A DNA stretch of 64,000 nt, taken from NCBI GenBank assembly GCA_963715985.1, contig CAVQSP010000009.1, positions 96,001-160,000 on the forward strand, given 5' to 3'. Below the pieces are notes generated by a model, which saw nothing but the letters and a program-made list of their open reading frames with translations, did not search any database and was not told the DNA's origin. How positions within the stretch are numbered: the stretch's first letter is position 1; each line of letters starts with the position of its first letter. Positions 34,725 to 45,488 of the stretch are shown in pieces. The translations under genes and the position numbers were made by a program. Origin of the DNA: an uncultured Thermoleophilia bacterium. Its GTDB lineage: Bacteria; Actinomycetota; Thermoleophilia; UBA2241.

Positions 34725-36430
34725 TCACTGCACTGCCAGGGAGTTGAACTGCGTCTTGTTCAGGTAGTGGTAGTAGCCGAACGGCGAGTCGCCCTGCGGC
34801 ACGCCCTGCCACTTCTTGTTCCAGGCCGTGACCACCTGCGTGTAGACGAGCGAGTGGTTGACCACCTGGTCCAGCATCATCGTCGACATCTGCTCGATGA
34901 GCGCCTTGCGCTTGTCCGCGTTCATCTCGCTGGTCTGCTGGGTCCAGAGCTTGTCGTACTCCGGGTTCGAGTAGCCCGTCGGGTTGTAGACGCCGAGCAT
35001 CTGGCTGGTCGAGATCATCAGCGACCAGTCGGGATCGGGCGTGAGCCCCCACTGCGTCAGCAGCATGTCGTAGTCGGTGTAGGGCTTGGCGCCGGCGAAC
35101 GCCACCGCGAGTGAGTTGTCGACCGCCTTCTTCTCCAGGCCGATGCCGATCTCCGCGAAGTTCTGCTTGAGGAGGTCCGCCGTGCGGCCGTCGGTCGCGA
35201 TGCTCTGCGTGCCGATCAGCAGCGTGTACTGCATCTTCACGCCGTCGGCGACGCGGATGCCGTCGCCGCCCTTGGCGTAACCCAGATCGTCCAGCAGCTG
35301 GTTGGCCTTGGCCACGTCGCGCTGCGTCACCGGCACCGGCGCCGAGAGGAACTGTGGCACGTACTGGTTGAGCAGCCACGACCCGCCGGGGTCGGCGATA
35401 GCCGCCGTACACGGAGTCGATGACGGCGGTACGGTCGATGGCGAGGTCGAGCGCCTGCCGCACCTCTACCTTGTTGAGCTCGGGGTGCTTGGTGTTGTTC
35501 TTGGAGTAGTTCACCGCGATGGACAAGGGGATGCCTCCGCCGAAGCCCTCGATCTGGAGGTTCGCGTCGCTCTTGATCGTGGGCGCCGACGCCGGCGGCA
35601 GGAAGTCGACGCAGTCGACCTGGTCGGTCTTGAGCGCCTGCACGGCGGCGTCGCCGTTGGTGAACACCTGGTAGCCGTACCCCGTGATCAGCGGCTTCGG
35701 GCCGTAGAAGGTGTCGACGCGCTTGAAGATCGTCGTGCCCTTGAGGTCGAGCTTCTGGATCTCGAACGGGCCGGAGCAGACCACGGGCCCGTCGGCCGGG
35801 TCCATGCTCACCGTCTTGAGCTTGGCGCCGTCGCCCTTCGCGTACTGGGACCAGACGTGCTCGGGCAGGATCGGCAGCTGGAAGAGGTTGGCGATCAGGG
35901 CCGCCGAGGGCTGGGCGAGCGTCACGTCGAGCGTCGTGTCGTCGACGGCCGTCGCGCTCTTGATGCCGGGGACGAACGGGCTCAGCACGGCGGCCGCCCC
36001 GCCTGCGAACTTCACCACCGTGTTGATGGTGAAGGCCGCGTCCTTGGCCGTGATCGGCTGGCCGTCGGTCCAGACCGCGCCGGAGCGCAGCTTGAAGGTC
36101 CAGGTGAGGCCGTCCGCGCTCGCCGTCCACGACTCGGCGAAGTCGGGCTGCGCCTGCGAGATCACTCGAGTACTGGACGAGGTTGGGGTACATCAGCATC
36201 CAGGCCGCATAGTCCATGGCGTACATGCCGACGAAAGGATTGAGCGAGTCGTAGCCGTAGCCGGCGGTGCCGAGCCTGTAGATCGGCTGGTCGCCGCTGG
36301 GGCTGGCCGAGCTGCTGCTACCACCGCCTCCCCCGGAGCTGCTGCCGCACCCGGCCAGCAAGATGATGGCGAAGCCGGCAAGCGCCGCGATGAACGCTCC
36401 CCGCCGTGCGAACTCTCGAGTCCGGTCCAT
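34725..36430 (-). CDS. Oligopeptide ABC substrate-binding lipoprotein (OppA-like, frameshifts near 36165 and 35395)
   Basis: Lipobox LLAGC, SLNPF, ADGLTWTFKLR..W.DG.PITAKD, SGPF, YSNPEYD. Confidence 0.88.
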
Positions 36431-36476
36431 AGTCCGATCCTCCCCCTCGTGTCACCACTTCGCGACTGGTGCTCAA

Positions 36477-36535
36477 TTACGTATTGTAATTACGTAGAGT
36501 GTGATATTTTTGCGCCATGACCGAGCCAATGTCAA
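36477..36535. promoter_or_regulatory. Bidirectional promoter/operator module, copy 2
   Basis: TTACGTA-N6-TTACGTA, TGaTATTTT ending 7 nt before the ATG at 36517, minus-strand TTGACA at 36530-36535. Confidence 0.65.
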
Positions 36536-37290
36536 CAGAGCGAGCCGGGCGGCGCAGACGCACCCGCGGTGAGACCCGAGAACTCCTTCTGGCGGCGGCG
36601 ACGCGCCTGGTGAGCAGCAGGATCGCCGGCAACGGCGCGCCGTCGGTCAATCCCCTCGCCGACGTCCTGCTCACGGACGTGCTCGACGAGGCGAACCGGG
36701 TCTTGCGCGCCGCCGACCCTGGGGCGCGCAAGATGACGACCGGGGCGGCCTACAACATCTGGCCCAACCAGACGGATTTTCAGCTGGACCTGCTCGCGCG
36801 GGTGCTGGACGCGGCGGCGACCCCGGGGCTGGAACGGGTGAGGGCGGCGACGCTGAACGGCCTTGCCCGCTCGGTGCCGTGGCAGACGGTGCTCGCCGAC
36901 ACCATGGAAGTCGACTTCCTGGAGTCGTACGCAGAGCCATCAATGTTCCTCATGATCGGGGTCGCCGCGCTGGCCGCACCGGCCGACGTCGCGGCCGGCG
37001 AGCAGGAGGCGAACGAGCGCTACGTGGCGGAGACCGGCGAGCTTCTCGCGGCCATCGTCCGCTACGCCGGCCGGCGGCTGCGCCCCGACCGCACCATGGA
37101 GGACCTGGTCTGGGCGATCGAGGCCCTGGAGACCGGCTACCTCCTGCGCATGCGCGTCGCTGACGACGTCCCGCTGCGCCGCGACGCCGCGGGGGCCAGC
37201 GCCCTGGCGACGGCGGCCACCGGCATCGTCGAGGCGTTCACGGAGCCGCTGGAGGCGTCTCCGGCCGCGGAGGCGAGCGCGCGGGACTGA
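36517..37290 (+). CDS. Atypical TetR-like transcriptional regulator, possibly leaderless
   Basis: TRELLLAAA...TTGAAYNIWP HTH-like segment; divergent from the opp operon. Confidence 0.6.
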   Translation: MTEPMSTERAGRRRRTRGETRELLLAAATRLVSSRIAGNGAPSVNPLADVLLTDVLDEANRVLRAADPGARKMTTGAAYNIWPNQTDFQLDLLARVLDAAATPGLERVRAATLNGLARSVPWQTVLADTMEVDFLESYAEPSMFLMIGVAALAAPADVAAGEQEANERYVAETGELLAAIVRYAGRRLRPDRTMEDLVWAIEALETGYLLRMRVADDVPLRRDAAGASALATAATGIVEAFTEPLEASPAAEASARD

Positions 37291-37349
37291 GTCCGACCAC
37301 TGCGTGACGCTCGAGAAGGCAGAAGCCCGGCTGCAGGTCCCGCCCGGCG

Positions 37350-38495
37350 TCAGCCGTCCGTTCTGTCTCCCGTGAGCCAGGGCCGCGCGGCGAGCAGGCG
37401 CGCGATCGCGGCCTCGTCGTACTCGACCCCGAGGCCGGGACCGTCCGGCACACGCATCATGAGCACGCCCTCCTCGCGGCGCTGGACGAAGCCAGCGGCG
37501 ATGCTGTCGATGTAGCCCATCGCCGCCTGGTCCGCCGTGTCGCTGTAGCGGGCGTTGGCAAGCGCGCCGTGCAGGGCGATCATCGCCGCGCAGGCGCCGG
37601 CCACCTCGCCCATCGCGCCCACGTGCAGCGTCATGCCGGCGGCCTCGGCCACGGCGTTGACCTTGAGCGCGTTGAGGATGCCGCCGCACTTCATGAGCTT
37701 CACGTTGATGACGTCGCAAGCGCCGGCGCGCGCGGCCGCGAGCGCCTCGCGCGGGCCCCGCACGCTCTCGTCGAGCGCGATGGGCACGTCCACGCGCTCG
37801 CGTACGAAGCGGCAGGCCTCGAGGTCGTCCATCCGCACAGGCTCCTCGACGAACTCGACGTCGTACGGTTCGAGCAGCCGGATGGCCGCGATCGCCCGGC
37901 GCGCCGTGCGCCAGCCGGTGTTGGCGTCGCACTTGATCTGCGCGCCGGACCCGACCGCCTCGCGCACGGCGGCGACGCGCTCCGCGTCACTGCACGGGTC
38001 GTCGCCGACCTTGACCTTGAAGACGGTCACGCCCTCGGCGGCGCGGGCCCGTGCCGCGGCCGCCAGCTCCTCCGGCGGGGCGTAGCCGAACGCGTGGATG
38101 AGCGGGACCGAGCCGCCGCGCACGCCGCCGACGAGCTCGACGAGCGGCCGCCCGAGCGCCTTGCCCTGCAGGTCCCACAGGGCGAGCTCGAGGCCCGCTT
38201 TGGCGGCCTGGTTGCCGACGACCTGCTCGAAGCCGGCCGTGATGCGTTCCAGGTCGAACGGGTCACGGCCCACGACCATGGGCGCCAGGTGCTCGCAGAT
38301 CACGTCCTCCACCGTCCACAGCGTCTCGCCGGTGAACTCGTAGGCCGGCATGGCCTCGCCGTAGCCCACAAGGCCATCGTCTGTCTCCACGCGCACGATG
38401 TCGACCGGGTTGGCGGCCATCGCGGAGGTGGCGATGACGTAGGGATGCGCCATGCGCATCCACAGAGGAGTGACCGAGACTGCGGTGACGCGCAT
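37350..38495 (-). CDS. Enolase-superfamily epimerase/racemase (dipeptide epimerase/MLE subgroup)
   Basis: GYGEA, ALWDL.GK, FKVKVG (KxK), DAN, EEP, DES, NVKLMKCGG. Confidence 0.85.
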   Translation of the reverse strand: MRVTAVSVTPLWMRMAHPYVIATSAMAANPVDIVRVETDDGLVGYGEAMPAYEFTGETLWTVEDVICEHLAPMVVGRDPFDLERITAGFEQVVGNQAAKAGLELALWDLQGKALGRPLVELVGGVRGGSVPLIHAFGYAPPEELAAAARARAAEGVTVFKVKVGDDPCSDAERVAAVREAVGSGAQIKCDANTGWRTARRAIAAIRLLEPYDVEFVEEPVRMDDLEACRFVRERVDVPIALDESVRGPREALAAARAGACDVINVKLMKCGGILNALKVNAVAEAAGMTLHVGAMGEVAGACAAMIALHGALANARYSDTADQAAMGYIDSIAAGFVQRREEGVLMMRVPDGPGLGVEYDEAAIARLLAARPWLTGDRTDG

Positions 38496-38504
38496 GGTCC
38501 CTCC

Positions 38505-39914
38505 TCAGCGGCGCCGCGGCCGGGGGCCGCTCGGCATCGAGAAGTCGAGCCCGCGCCGCAGCAGCCGCGACACAGGGTCCGGCCGGCGCCCCTCGTCCTC
38601 CGCGATCTCACAGCGCTCGACGGCGCTGCGCACGGCGCGCGCTCCGACGGAGCGGAAGGGCTCCGGAGGCAGATAGGTCGGCGGCTCCGAGACGAGCGGG
38701 GACAGCGCGTAGTCGTCGCGCAGACCCAGCGCGACCGAAGCCAGCGTGCGGCCGATCAGGTTGGACGGCGCGACACCGTTGCCCGAGTAGCCGACGCCGT
38801 AGTGGACGTTCGCGTGCGGACCGACCGTGCCCACCCAGGGCAGGCCGTGCTGGGTACGGTCCACCGGGCCGCCCCAGCGCCACTCCACGGGCAGGTCGCG
38901 GGTCGCCGGAAGCAAAGCGTGCATGTCGGCGACGATCTCGCCGATCTCACGCGGATCGTGGAAGTGCGCGGGGATGACGCGGCCGCCGTACCCGAGGCGG
39001 CCGCCGCCGCGCCCGAACGCCAGGCGGTCGTCGCCGGTCCGCTGGGCGTAGTGGACGGCGGTGCGGTTGTCGGAGAACGGGCGGCCCCTGACCCAGCCGA
39101 GCCGGTCGAGGTGCTCGCGCGATGCGGCCGTGGCCACCATGTGCGACGGGATGATGAAGATCGTGCGGCGCAGCTCGGGGACCAGTGCCAGCCACGATCC
39201 CGCGGCGAGCACGACCTTGTCGGCCACCACGGCGCCCGACGGCGTCTCGACCACCGCCGGCAACGTGCGCTCCAGCTCCAGCATCGGCGTCGCCTCGTAG
39301 ACGCGCACGCCGGCTTCGATCGCGAGGCGGCGGAGGCCCTGGACGAGCAGCGCCGGCTGGACGCTGCCGGCATGCAGGATCAGCTCTCCCGCCTCGGCCA
39401 GAGGCGAGCCGCACAGGGCGCGCGCTTCGTCCCCGTCGAGGACCCGCAGCAGGTCGTCGCGCCCCAGGTCGCGAGCCGCCGCGGCGGTCGCCTGCAGGGA
39501 CTCCGCCTGGGCCGGCGACGCCGCCACGACGAGGCCCCCTTCCATGCCGAAGTCGCAGTCGATGTCGCCGTCCCGCACGGTGTCGCGGATGTCTGAGACG
39601 CTGCGCCGCGAAGCTTCGAGCAGCCACGCGGCGGCCCCTGCGCCGAAGCGGGCGACCAGCTTGGGTAGCGACTTGTCCCAGCCGTTCACCCAGCCGCCGT
39701 TGCGCCCGCTGGCGCCGGCGCCGCAGTACTCGCGCTCGACGAGCACAATGTCCGTGTCCGGCTCGAGACGCTTGATGGAGAGCGCGGCCCACAGACCGGT
39801 GAAGCCCCCGCCGACGATGCAGGCGTCAGCGCGTTCGGTGGTGGTGAGCGGCACGAGGTCGCGCGGCTGCCAGCGCGGATCGCCGCCCTGCCAGAGGACG
39901 CCTGCGCGGGTCAT
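38505..39914 (-). CDS. FAD-dependent oxidoreductase (DAO/PuuB-like)
   Basis: IVGGGFTGLW.A, GASGRNGG, VQPA.L..GL, WGGP, GYSGNGV. Confidence 0.85.
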   Translation of the reverse strand: MTRAGVLWQGGDPRWQPRDLVPLTTTERADACIVGGGFTGLWAALSIKRLEPDTDIVLVEREYCGAGASGRNGGWVNGWDKSLPKLVARFGAGAAAWLLEASRRSVSDIRDTVRDGDIDCDFGMEGGLVVAASPAQAESLQATAAAARDLGRDDLLRVLDGDEARALCGSPLAEAGELILHAGSVQPALLVQGLRRLAIEAGVRVYEATPMLELERTLPAVVETPSGAVVADKVVLAAGSWLALVPELRRTIFIIPSHMVATAASREHLDRLGWVRGRPFSDNRTAVHYAQRTGDDRLAFGRGGGRLGYGGRVIPAHFHDPREIGEIVADMHALLPATRDLPVEWRWGGPVDRTQHGLPWVGTVGPHANVHYGVGYSGNGVAPSNLIGRTLASVALGLRDDYALSPLVSEPPTYLPPEPFRSVGARAVRSAVERCEIAEDEGRRPDPVSRLLRRGLDFSMPSGPRPRRR

Positions 39915-41224
39915 GACGCCACCCCGCACCAGCGCATCGCCATCACTGCCACCGCCGCCGTGAAGTCCAGCAGGCTCTGCACGCTCACGTGCTCGTTGAC
40001 GGCGTGAGCCGAGTCGATGCCGTCCGGACCGAAGCTGAAGGTGGGCGTACCGTTCGCGGTGAACGTGGCGGCGTCGTGCCAGCTGTCCAAGCCGGCGGGC
40101 CGGCCGGCACGGCCCACGAGCGCCGCGCACTCGAGCGCCGTGACGACCAGCGGGTGGTCGGCCGGCATCTCGGCCGGCACCACATCGTCGGCCCAGCGGA
40201 AGCGCAAGGGGTGCTCCGCGAACCACGGGTCCGCGGCCACGGCGGCGTTGAGGCGGTCGACGACTTCGGCCTCGACCGCCTTGCCCGTACCCTCCGCGTC
40301 CACGTGCGCGGGCAGGTAGGTGATGTCGCAGGTCACGTCGCAGCTGGCCGGGATGGTGACCATCCAGGTCCCGCCCTGGACGATGGTCGGCACGATGTCG
40401 CCGGGGGAGAGCAGCGGGTGCCGTTGGTCGGGGCGCTGCCTCCACTCCTCGCGCAGCGCCTTGATGCCCTCCAACAGCGGCATCAGCTTCTCGACGGCGT
40501 TGACGGCGCCGCCGTCGCGCCAGTCCGGCTGCGGCATCTCGGCGTGCCCGGCGCGGCCCTCCACGGTGATCGTCGGCGTCACGGTGCCGCGACAGCTCAC
40601 CCAGGCGTCGAAGCCGGTGGGCTCGGCGGCGATCCCCGCATCGGCCCGCACGCCGTGCTCGACCGCGGCCCGGCCGCCGGCGCCGGACGACTCCTCGTCG
40701 GTCACCGTGCACAGCACCACGTCGCCGGCCGGCCGCACGCCGAGCCGGTACAGCGTCTCCAGCGCCACCACCAGGCAGGCGACGCCGCCCTTCATGTCGC
40801 TGGCGCCGCGCCCGTAGAGCAGCCCCTCGCGCTCCTCCAGCCGGAAGGGGTCGCTGAGCCACTGCTCGCGCGGAGCCACGTCCACGGCGTCGATGTGGCC
40901 GTTGAGCAGCAGGCTGCGGCCGCCGCCGGCGCCGGGTATCGTGGCGGCCAGCTGGGGCCGGCCGGCGAAGTCGAGGCCGGCCGGCACGAAGCGGCTGCCG
41001 GCGCCGGTCGGCGCCGGCTCCCACAGGTCGATGCGCGCCCCGAGCGCGGCGAGGCGCGCCGCCAGGATCCGCTGCAGCTTGTCCTCGTCGCGCGCGGGGT
41101 CGCCGGGCAGGCGCGCGGTGGTGTCGCACGCCACGAGCTCGGCGAGCAGCGCGACGATCTCGTCGGGGGCGCCTCGCACAGCGCCGACGACGCTCTCCTC
41201 GACGGTGAAGCGCGGTCCACTCAC
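39911..41224 (-). CDS. ArgE/DapE family M20 deacylase
   Basis: LNGHID, GRGASDMKGG, DEE, AEPT, GHA, FGP...AH. Confidence 0.85.
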   Translation of the reverse strand: MSGPRFTVEESVVGAVRGAPDEIVALLAELVACDTTARLPGDPARDEDKLQRILAARLAALGARIDLWEPAPTGAGSRFVPAGLDFAGRPQLAATIPGAGGGRSLLLNGHIDAVDVAPREQWLSDPFRLEEREGLLYGRGASDMKGGVACLVVALETLYRLGVRPAGDVVLCTVTDEESSGAGGRAAVEHGVRADAGIAAEPTGFDAWVSCRGTVTPTITVEGRAGHAEMPQPDWRDGGAVNAVEKLMPLLEGIKALREEWRQRPDQRHPLLSPGDIVPTIVQGGTWMVTIPASCDVTCDITYLPAHVDAEGTGKAVEAEVVDRLNAAVAADPWFAEHPLRFRWADDVVPAEMPADHPLVVTALECAALVGRAGRPAGLDSWHDAATFTANGTPTFSFGPDGIDSAHAVNEHVSVQSLLDFTAAVAVMAMRWCGVAS

Positions 41225-41312
41225 CAGGCATCCTCCCAGACGACGGCGACAACACGGCCTGGCCATTGTACGCTCGTGCCGCACCGCTTCTACGCTCACA
41301 TGGAGGGCCCCC

Positions 41313-41711
41313 ATGACGCCAGGACGCTCGACCAAGATCCGCGTGATCAAGCCGCAGGACGTCGTCTGGGAGGAGGCCCTGCGCTCGTCCCAGGAGGTGG
41401 AGGAGCCCGGCAAGGAGTTCACGGCCGCGCAGTCGGTGGACCAGAAGTTCAGCTTCGGCCTTTGGCAGCGCGACGAGCAGAGCCGCCACTTCGAGCGCCC
41501 TTACCATGAGATCGCCTACATCATCGAGGGCCGGGTGGAGGTCACCGACGACGACGGCGAGGTCCTCATCGCCGGCCCCGGCGACATCCTCGTCACTCCA
41601 CAGGGGAGCAAGGGCTACTGGAAGAACCTCAGCCCGGTGAAGAAGGTGTGGGGCATCTACGAAGAGGTAGGGGCCGACCTGGACCCGTATATCGGCCCGG
41701 GCGCGTTCTGA
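41313..41711 (+). CDS. Cupin domain protein (DUF861/EutQ-like)
   Basis: GLW, EIAYIIEGRV, GPGD...P.G..G.W. GGAGG RBS. Confidence 0.8.
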   Translation: MTPGRSTKIRVIKPQDVVWEEALRSSQEVEEPGKEFTAAQSVDQKFSFGLWQRDEQSRHFERPYHEIAYIIEGRVEVTDDDGEVLIAGPGDILVTPQGSKGYWKNLSPVKKVWGIYEEVGADLDPYIGPGAF

Positions 41712-41733
41712 GACGCGATGCGGGCTGGACGTT

Positions 41734-42012
41734 CTGATCCAGCTCGTCCTCGTCCATCTCGAACACGGTCTCGTACTCGAACAGGCCCCTCCCGAGCTCG
41801 ATCTCCGCGCCGTAGCGGGCACGCATCGCCTCAGCGTACGCGGTGTTGAAGCCCGTGTCGCGGAAGTCGGTGTCGAGGGAGAAGACGGACCCGTCGATGC
41901 TCTCGACCGTGCTCTGCAGCAACGCCTGCTGGCGGCGCACCGCCTCCGCAGTGCGGACGAGGTCGCTACCGAGCTCCTCATCCGCGAGCCGAGCCCGGCC
42001 GGCAGCGGTCAT
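41734..42012 (-). pseudogene. Possible truncated PAS-domain remnant
   Basis: QQALLQSTVESIDGSVFSLD.DFR...FNTAY resembles the start of a PAS domain; no output domain follows. Confidence 0.3.
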
Positions 42013-42215
42013 GGGGCGCCGGTCGGAGTCGCCCAGGACCATGGCGGGCCCGAAGCCATTGCACTCCCTGCTGCACAACGCCGCGTCCTTAGTCCGGACG
42101 GCGTTGCGGCCTCCGGCCGCAGCCCCCCCCGCAACGACTGTCGTGCCTGCGCCCGTGGGCGTCAAGAAGCGGGCCGTCGAGCCGGGGCGTGGTCCCGCAG
42201 TGGTAGCATCGGACG

Positions 42216-43430
42216 ATGGCGCCCGTCGACCTCCTCCCTTCGCGCCGCCGCCTCCGGCAGCTCGACCCCCAGGTGCGCGATCTCGGGTGGGTGAGCCTGT
42301 TCGCCGACCTCAGCTCCGAGATCGTCTATCCGCTCTTCCCGATCTTCGTCACCACGGTGCTGGGCGCTCCGGTGGCCCTGCTGGGGCTCATCGAAGGCAT
42401 CGCTGAGGCTACGGCCAGCATCACCAAGTACCCGTTCGGCCAAGCCGCAGACTTCACAGGTCGCCACCGCCCGTTCGTGCTCGGCGGATACGGGCTCGCG
42501 GCGGCCGGCAAGCTGATCCTCGCCCTCTCCTTCGTCTGGCCGGTGGCGCTCACCGGCCGGTTCGTGGACCGCTTCGGCAAGGGCATGCGGACCGCCTCGC
42601 GCGACGACCTCATCGCCGTTCGCACCAAGCCCGGCCAGCAGGGCCTCGCCTTCGGCCTGCACCGGAGCATGGACACGCTGGGCGCCGTCCTGGGGCCGCT
42701 GGTGGCACTGGCGCTGGTGGAGGCGCACGTGCCGATGCGCTGGATCTTCGCCATCGCCGTGATCCCCGCCCTGCTGAGCGTCCTGGTCATTCTGTGGCTG
42801 GTGAAGGAGCACCGCGCCGAGCCGCGCCGCCAGGCGTTCCGGCTGTCGCTGCCCGCCTCCCCAGCCTTCCGCTGGCTGCTGGCCGGCTCGCTCCTGTTCG
42901 CAGCCGGCAACTCCAGCGACATGTTCATCCTGCTCAAGGCCAAGGATGTGGGCATGACGACGGCCGCCGTCATCCTGTTGTACGTGCTCTACAACGTGAC
43001 GTACTCGGCCGCGTCGCTGCCTCTTGGAGGCCTCAGCGACCGCATAGGGCAGTACCCGGTGGTGCTCACGGGGTACGCGCTCTTCGCCGCCGTCTACCTG
43101 GGGTTCGCGGCGGCGGGCTCCGGCTGGACCCTGGCGGCGCTCTTCGCCGTGTACGGCCTCTACATCGCCGCCACCGAGGGCACCAGCAAGGCCCTGGTCG
43201 GGCGCGCCATCCCGGAGGGCCGGCGCGCCTCCGCTCTGGGTCTCTACTACACGGCCACGGGCCTGGCGGGCTTCGCCGCAAGCACCGTCGGGGGCGTGTT
43301 GTGGAGCGCCGTGGGCCCGTGGGCGACGTTCGCGTACGGGGCGGCGGCGGCCGTGGCCGCCGCCGCCCTCATGCTGCTCGGACGCGGGCGTGTGCGCAGG
43401 GCGATCGCAGTGCCCGACCAGGACTCCTAG
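42216..43430 (+). CDS. MFS transporter
   Basis: DLSSEIVYP, DRFGKGMRT..RD, GLSDRIG; about 12 hydrophobic segments. Confidence 0.88.
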   Translation: MAPVDLLPSRRRLRQLDPQVRDLGWVSLFADLSSEIVYPLFPIFVTTVLGAPVALLGLIEGIAEATASITKYPFGQAADFTGRHRPFVLGGYGLAAAGKLILALSFVWPVALTGRFVDRFGKGMRTASRDDLIAVRTKPGQQGLAFGLHRSMDTLGAVLGPLVALALVEAHVPMRWIFAIAVIPALLSVLVILWLVKEHRAEPRRQAFRLSLPASPAFRWLLAGSLLFAAGNSSDMFILLKAKDVGMTTAAVILLYVLYNVTYSAASLPLGGLSDRIGQYPVVLTGYALFAAVYLGFAAAGSGWTLAALFAVYGLYIAATEGTSKALVGRAIPEGRRASALGLYYTATGLAGFAASTVGGVLWSAVGPWATFAYGAAAAVAAAALMLLGRGRVRRAIAVPDQDS

Positions 43431-43508
43431 CGGGGCCTTCTGTCGGCCCGGCGTTGAAGCGGGTACGATGTCGACAGGAGTCCGGTCTCTTTCACACCCG
43501 GAGGAAGT

Positions 43509-45248
43509 ATGGCCAGCACCTGCCCGTCCTGCGGCCGCGCCAACGACGACGACGCCCGCTACTGCGCCGGGTGCGGCGCGGAGCTCACGCGGCAGTGCTC
43601 GTCCTGCGGCGCGCCGCTGGCGGCCGGCGCCGTCTTCTGCCCCTCGTGCGGCGCGCTGGTCGGCAAGGCGACAGCGAGCGCCAAAGCCACCGACGAAAGA
43701 ACGCCGGCAGGGGCGGACGAGACACGCGTAGAACCACGGCCCGCCGGCGCTCGCGCGGCTGCCGGGGCCGCCGCAGCAGTGCCGCCGTCCGGCGCGGCAC
43801 CCGTGCCCGCCGAGGTCGGCCACGCGCGCCCGCCGGTCGTCCCGCCCGGCCCAGGCGGCCGAGTGGCGGGCGGACCTCCGCCCGGCCCGGCCGGACCCGC
43901 GCCCGGCCCAGGTGGCCCGCCGCCGCTCGTACCGCCGCCGCCCTCGATCCTCGCCGGGAGCGGGGGGACGGCCGTGGCAGGCGCGTGCCGGTGTGGCTCA
44001 TCGTCGTCATCATCGTGCTCGTCATCGCAGCCGCGGCCGCGGCGGCCATCGTCTTCCTCGTGCCCGGCGAGAAGACCACCGTCGAGCCCTCGACCTCGCC
44101 CAGCGCGGTGGCCTCCGCCTCGCCGTCCGGCTCCGCGAGCGCCTCGCCTACACCGTCGCCGTCGACGTCCGCCGCCGCCGGCTTCCCGATGGCGGCCGCA
44201 TCAGGCGCCAAGGCCAACATCCTGTCCACGGTGAGTGCGGACGGCACCGTCACCCTGCTCACCGAGACGCTGGGCGCACAGGTGTTCCAACTCCTGTGGT
44301 CTCCCGACGGCCGCCGGCTGGCCTGCGTCGCCGGCGACTGGAACGACTCCCGGCTCTGGCTGAGCGATGTCACCTCCGGGGACGTCACCGAGGTGGTCAT
44401 CACCACGCCCGCCGTCGTTGCCGTGGACTCCGTCGCCTGGCTGAGCGCCACCGAGCTCCTCGTGGCCGGCTACACGGTGAAGCCCGCCTCCCAGGGCGAG
44501 GTGGCGGAGTTCCTCGTGTACGACGTCGAGGCCGAGGCCGTGCAAGGGCCGCTCGAGGACGGCGGCGGCACCGCCCTGCGCGGCGTCTCCGTGAGCGCCT
44601 CAGGCGACGGCGGCAGGATCGCCGTACGCCACCTACACCGACCAGAAGACGAACAAGTACGGCATGGCCACAGCCACGGAGCGTCTCGAGCTCTTCGACC
44701 GCGCCTCGGGCGCCGTGACCGAATTGGGTTCCGACAAGGCGTTCTTCGAGGTCAACGCGCGCCGCTTCGACGACCCGCTCATCTCACCGGACGGCGAGGC
44801 GATCATCTACCGCGCGGCGGGCAGCGACGTGGGCACGAGCTACACCGTGGTGGACACCAACGGCTCGGTGCTCATGCCCACCAGGGAACTCACCTACCCG
44901 GCCGGGTACGCCTGGGACCCCACGGGCCAGAAGGTCGTGTTCACCGGCCATTCCATCCGCTGGAACGGGAGCGGCCAGGACCCCGTGGTGTTCTACGTCT
45001 TCGACCGCACTGTGGGCGGCAAGGCCAAGGCCATCACCCGCTACAAGAAGACCAACGTCCAGGACCTCTCCTGGTCGCCGGACGGTGCCACCATCGCCTT
45101 TGCCGAGTACGACCAGAAGAACTACGAGACGGGCAACATCTACCAGCTCAGCGCGAGCGGGGGTGACGCGCACCGTCTGGTGAGCGAGGCGCTGAGCCCG
45201 GCATACAGGCCGACGGGCGGGGGCGCCCAAGCGAGTCCGGCGCCGTGA
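43509..45248 (+). CDS. Double zinc-ribbon membrane protein with an extracellular TolB-like beta-propeller (frameshifted)
   Basis: CPSC..CAGC..CSSC..CPSC, Pro-rich linker, TM helix (in a shifted frame), repeated WSPDG/ISPDG/WDPTG. Confidence 0.7.
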
Positions 45249-45360
45249 GCCCGGGGGCGAGTCCGGCGCCGCGAGACCGCGGCGGGAGGCGGCGGCGGCC
45301 GCCCCTTGCGGGTCCTCTGCGAGAAACAAGACTGAAACTACCCGAAATTGGTGATCGAGC

Positions 45361-45389
45361 TTGCCCGCTGTTCCTGCGGCCACTACACT
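45361..45389 (+). promoter_or_regulatory. Sigma70-type promoter of the hdr-flx operon
   Basis: TTGCCC-N17-TACACT. Confidence 0.55.
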
Positions 45390-45405
45390 GTGCAATGAAG
45401 CACAA
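45388..45405. promoter_or_regulatory. Rex-like operator
   Basis: cTGTGCAATGAAGCACAA fits the TGTG-N8-CACA geometry of Rex sites and overlaps the -10/TSS. Confidence 0.55.
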
Positions 45406-45488
45406 GCTCTGAAACTTCCCAGCGACACCGTTCAGAGGGCGACCGTTCGGGCGCCCGTTTGCGGCAGAAGGGCAGGTTCGTCAGCAGT

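Noticed and set aside
45231-45271. 15-bp duplication GCGAGTCCGGCGCCG at a gene end
   Set aside because: Short and GC-rich, with no integrase or mobile element nearby to make it an att site or target-site duplication.
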